Assembly (NCBI GenBank): GCA_964459385.1 | Contig: CAYWLG010000010.1 | Span: 2,365 to 66,364, forward strand | DNA length: 64,000 bases | Direction of reading: 5' to 3' | Origin: an uncultured Anaerolinea sp. | Lineage (GTDB): Bacteria > Chloroflexota > Anaerolineae > Anaerolineales > Anaerolineaceae | Part shown: one piece after another, positions 63,957 through 64,000 of the stretch | Numbering within the stretch: the first letter of the stretch is position 1 | How the letters are laid out: each line of letters begins with the position of its first letter | The notes under the pieces: generated by a model | What the model was told of the DNA's origin: nothing | The model's database searches: none | Seen by the model: the letters and a program-made list of their open reading frames with translations, nothing else | Translations under genes and position numbers: made by a program

Positions 63957-64000
63957 AAGGTTTAGTTAACAAATCGTTTTACAAGCCAAGCGTGTGCAGC

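Overview
This 64-kb chromosomal segment has a GC-rich backbone: hand counts of single 60-nt lines give about 53-70% GC. Several clearly AT-rich insertions interrupt it. I call about 58 protein genes and 2 tRNAs. I see no rRNA, CRISPR array, integrase or transposase. The gene content fits a monoderm Chloroflexota (Anaerolineae-like) genome: Cys-lipobox lipoproteins with Pro/Thr/Ala linkers, a small zinc-ribbon gene and likely leaderless starts. That placement is inference only.

Backbone genes are pnp (3' part), rex, murE, an F0-only ATP synthase cluster, dnaE, gyrB, plsY, fhs, murJ, rsmI, and methylmalonyl-CoA mutase with its epimerase.

The most notable observations:
1. tRNA-Leu(UAA) is followed 2 kb later by a 47-bp copy of its own 3' half. 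The pair brackets one AT-rich GT-C glycosyltransferase gene and abuts a 7-kb AT-rich LacI-controlled sugar operon, forming a composite island with no integrase.
2. An N-terminally truncated KdpD/KdpE pair sits next to a KimA-type K+ transporter rather than kdpFABC.
3. A CPA2 antiporter, a PII-like protein and a DUF1786 ASKHA protein form an operon with overlapping reading frames, followed by tRNA-Glu and a 19-nt copy of that tRNA's 3' end.
4. The ATP synthase b subunit carries only the C-terminal domain of delta, and no F1 genes are nearby.
5. An AbiEii-type nucleotidyltransferase toxin with an atypically small partner lies in an AT-rich islet.
6. A lipoprotein class D beta-lactamase homolog is present with all active-site motifs.

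All family assignments rest on motifs read by eye and on remembered reference sequences. No database search was run.
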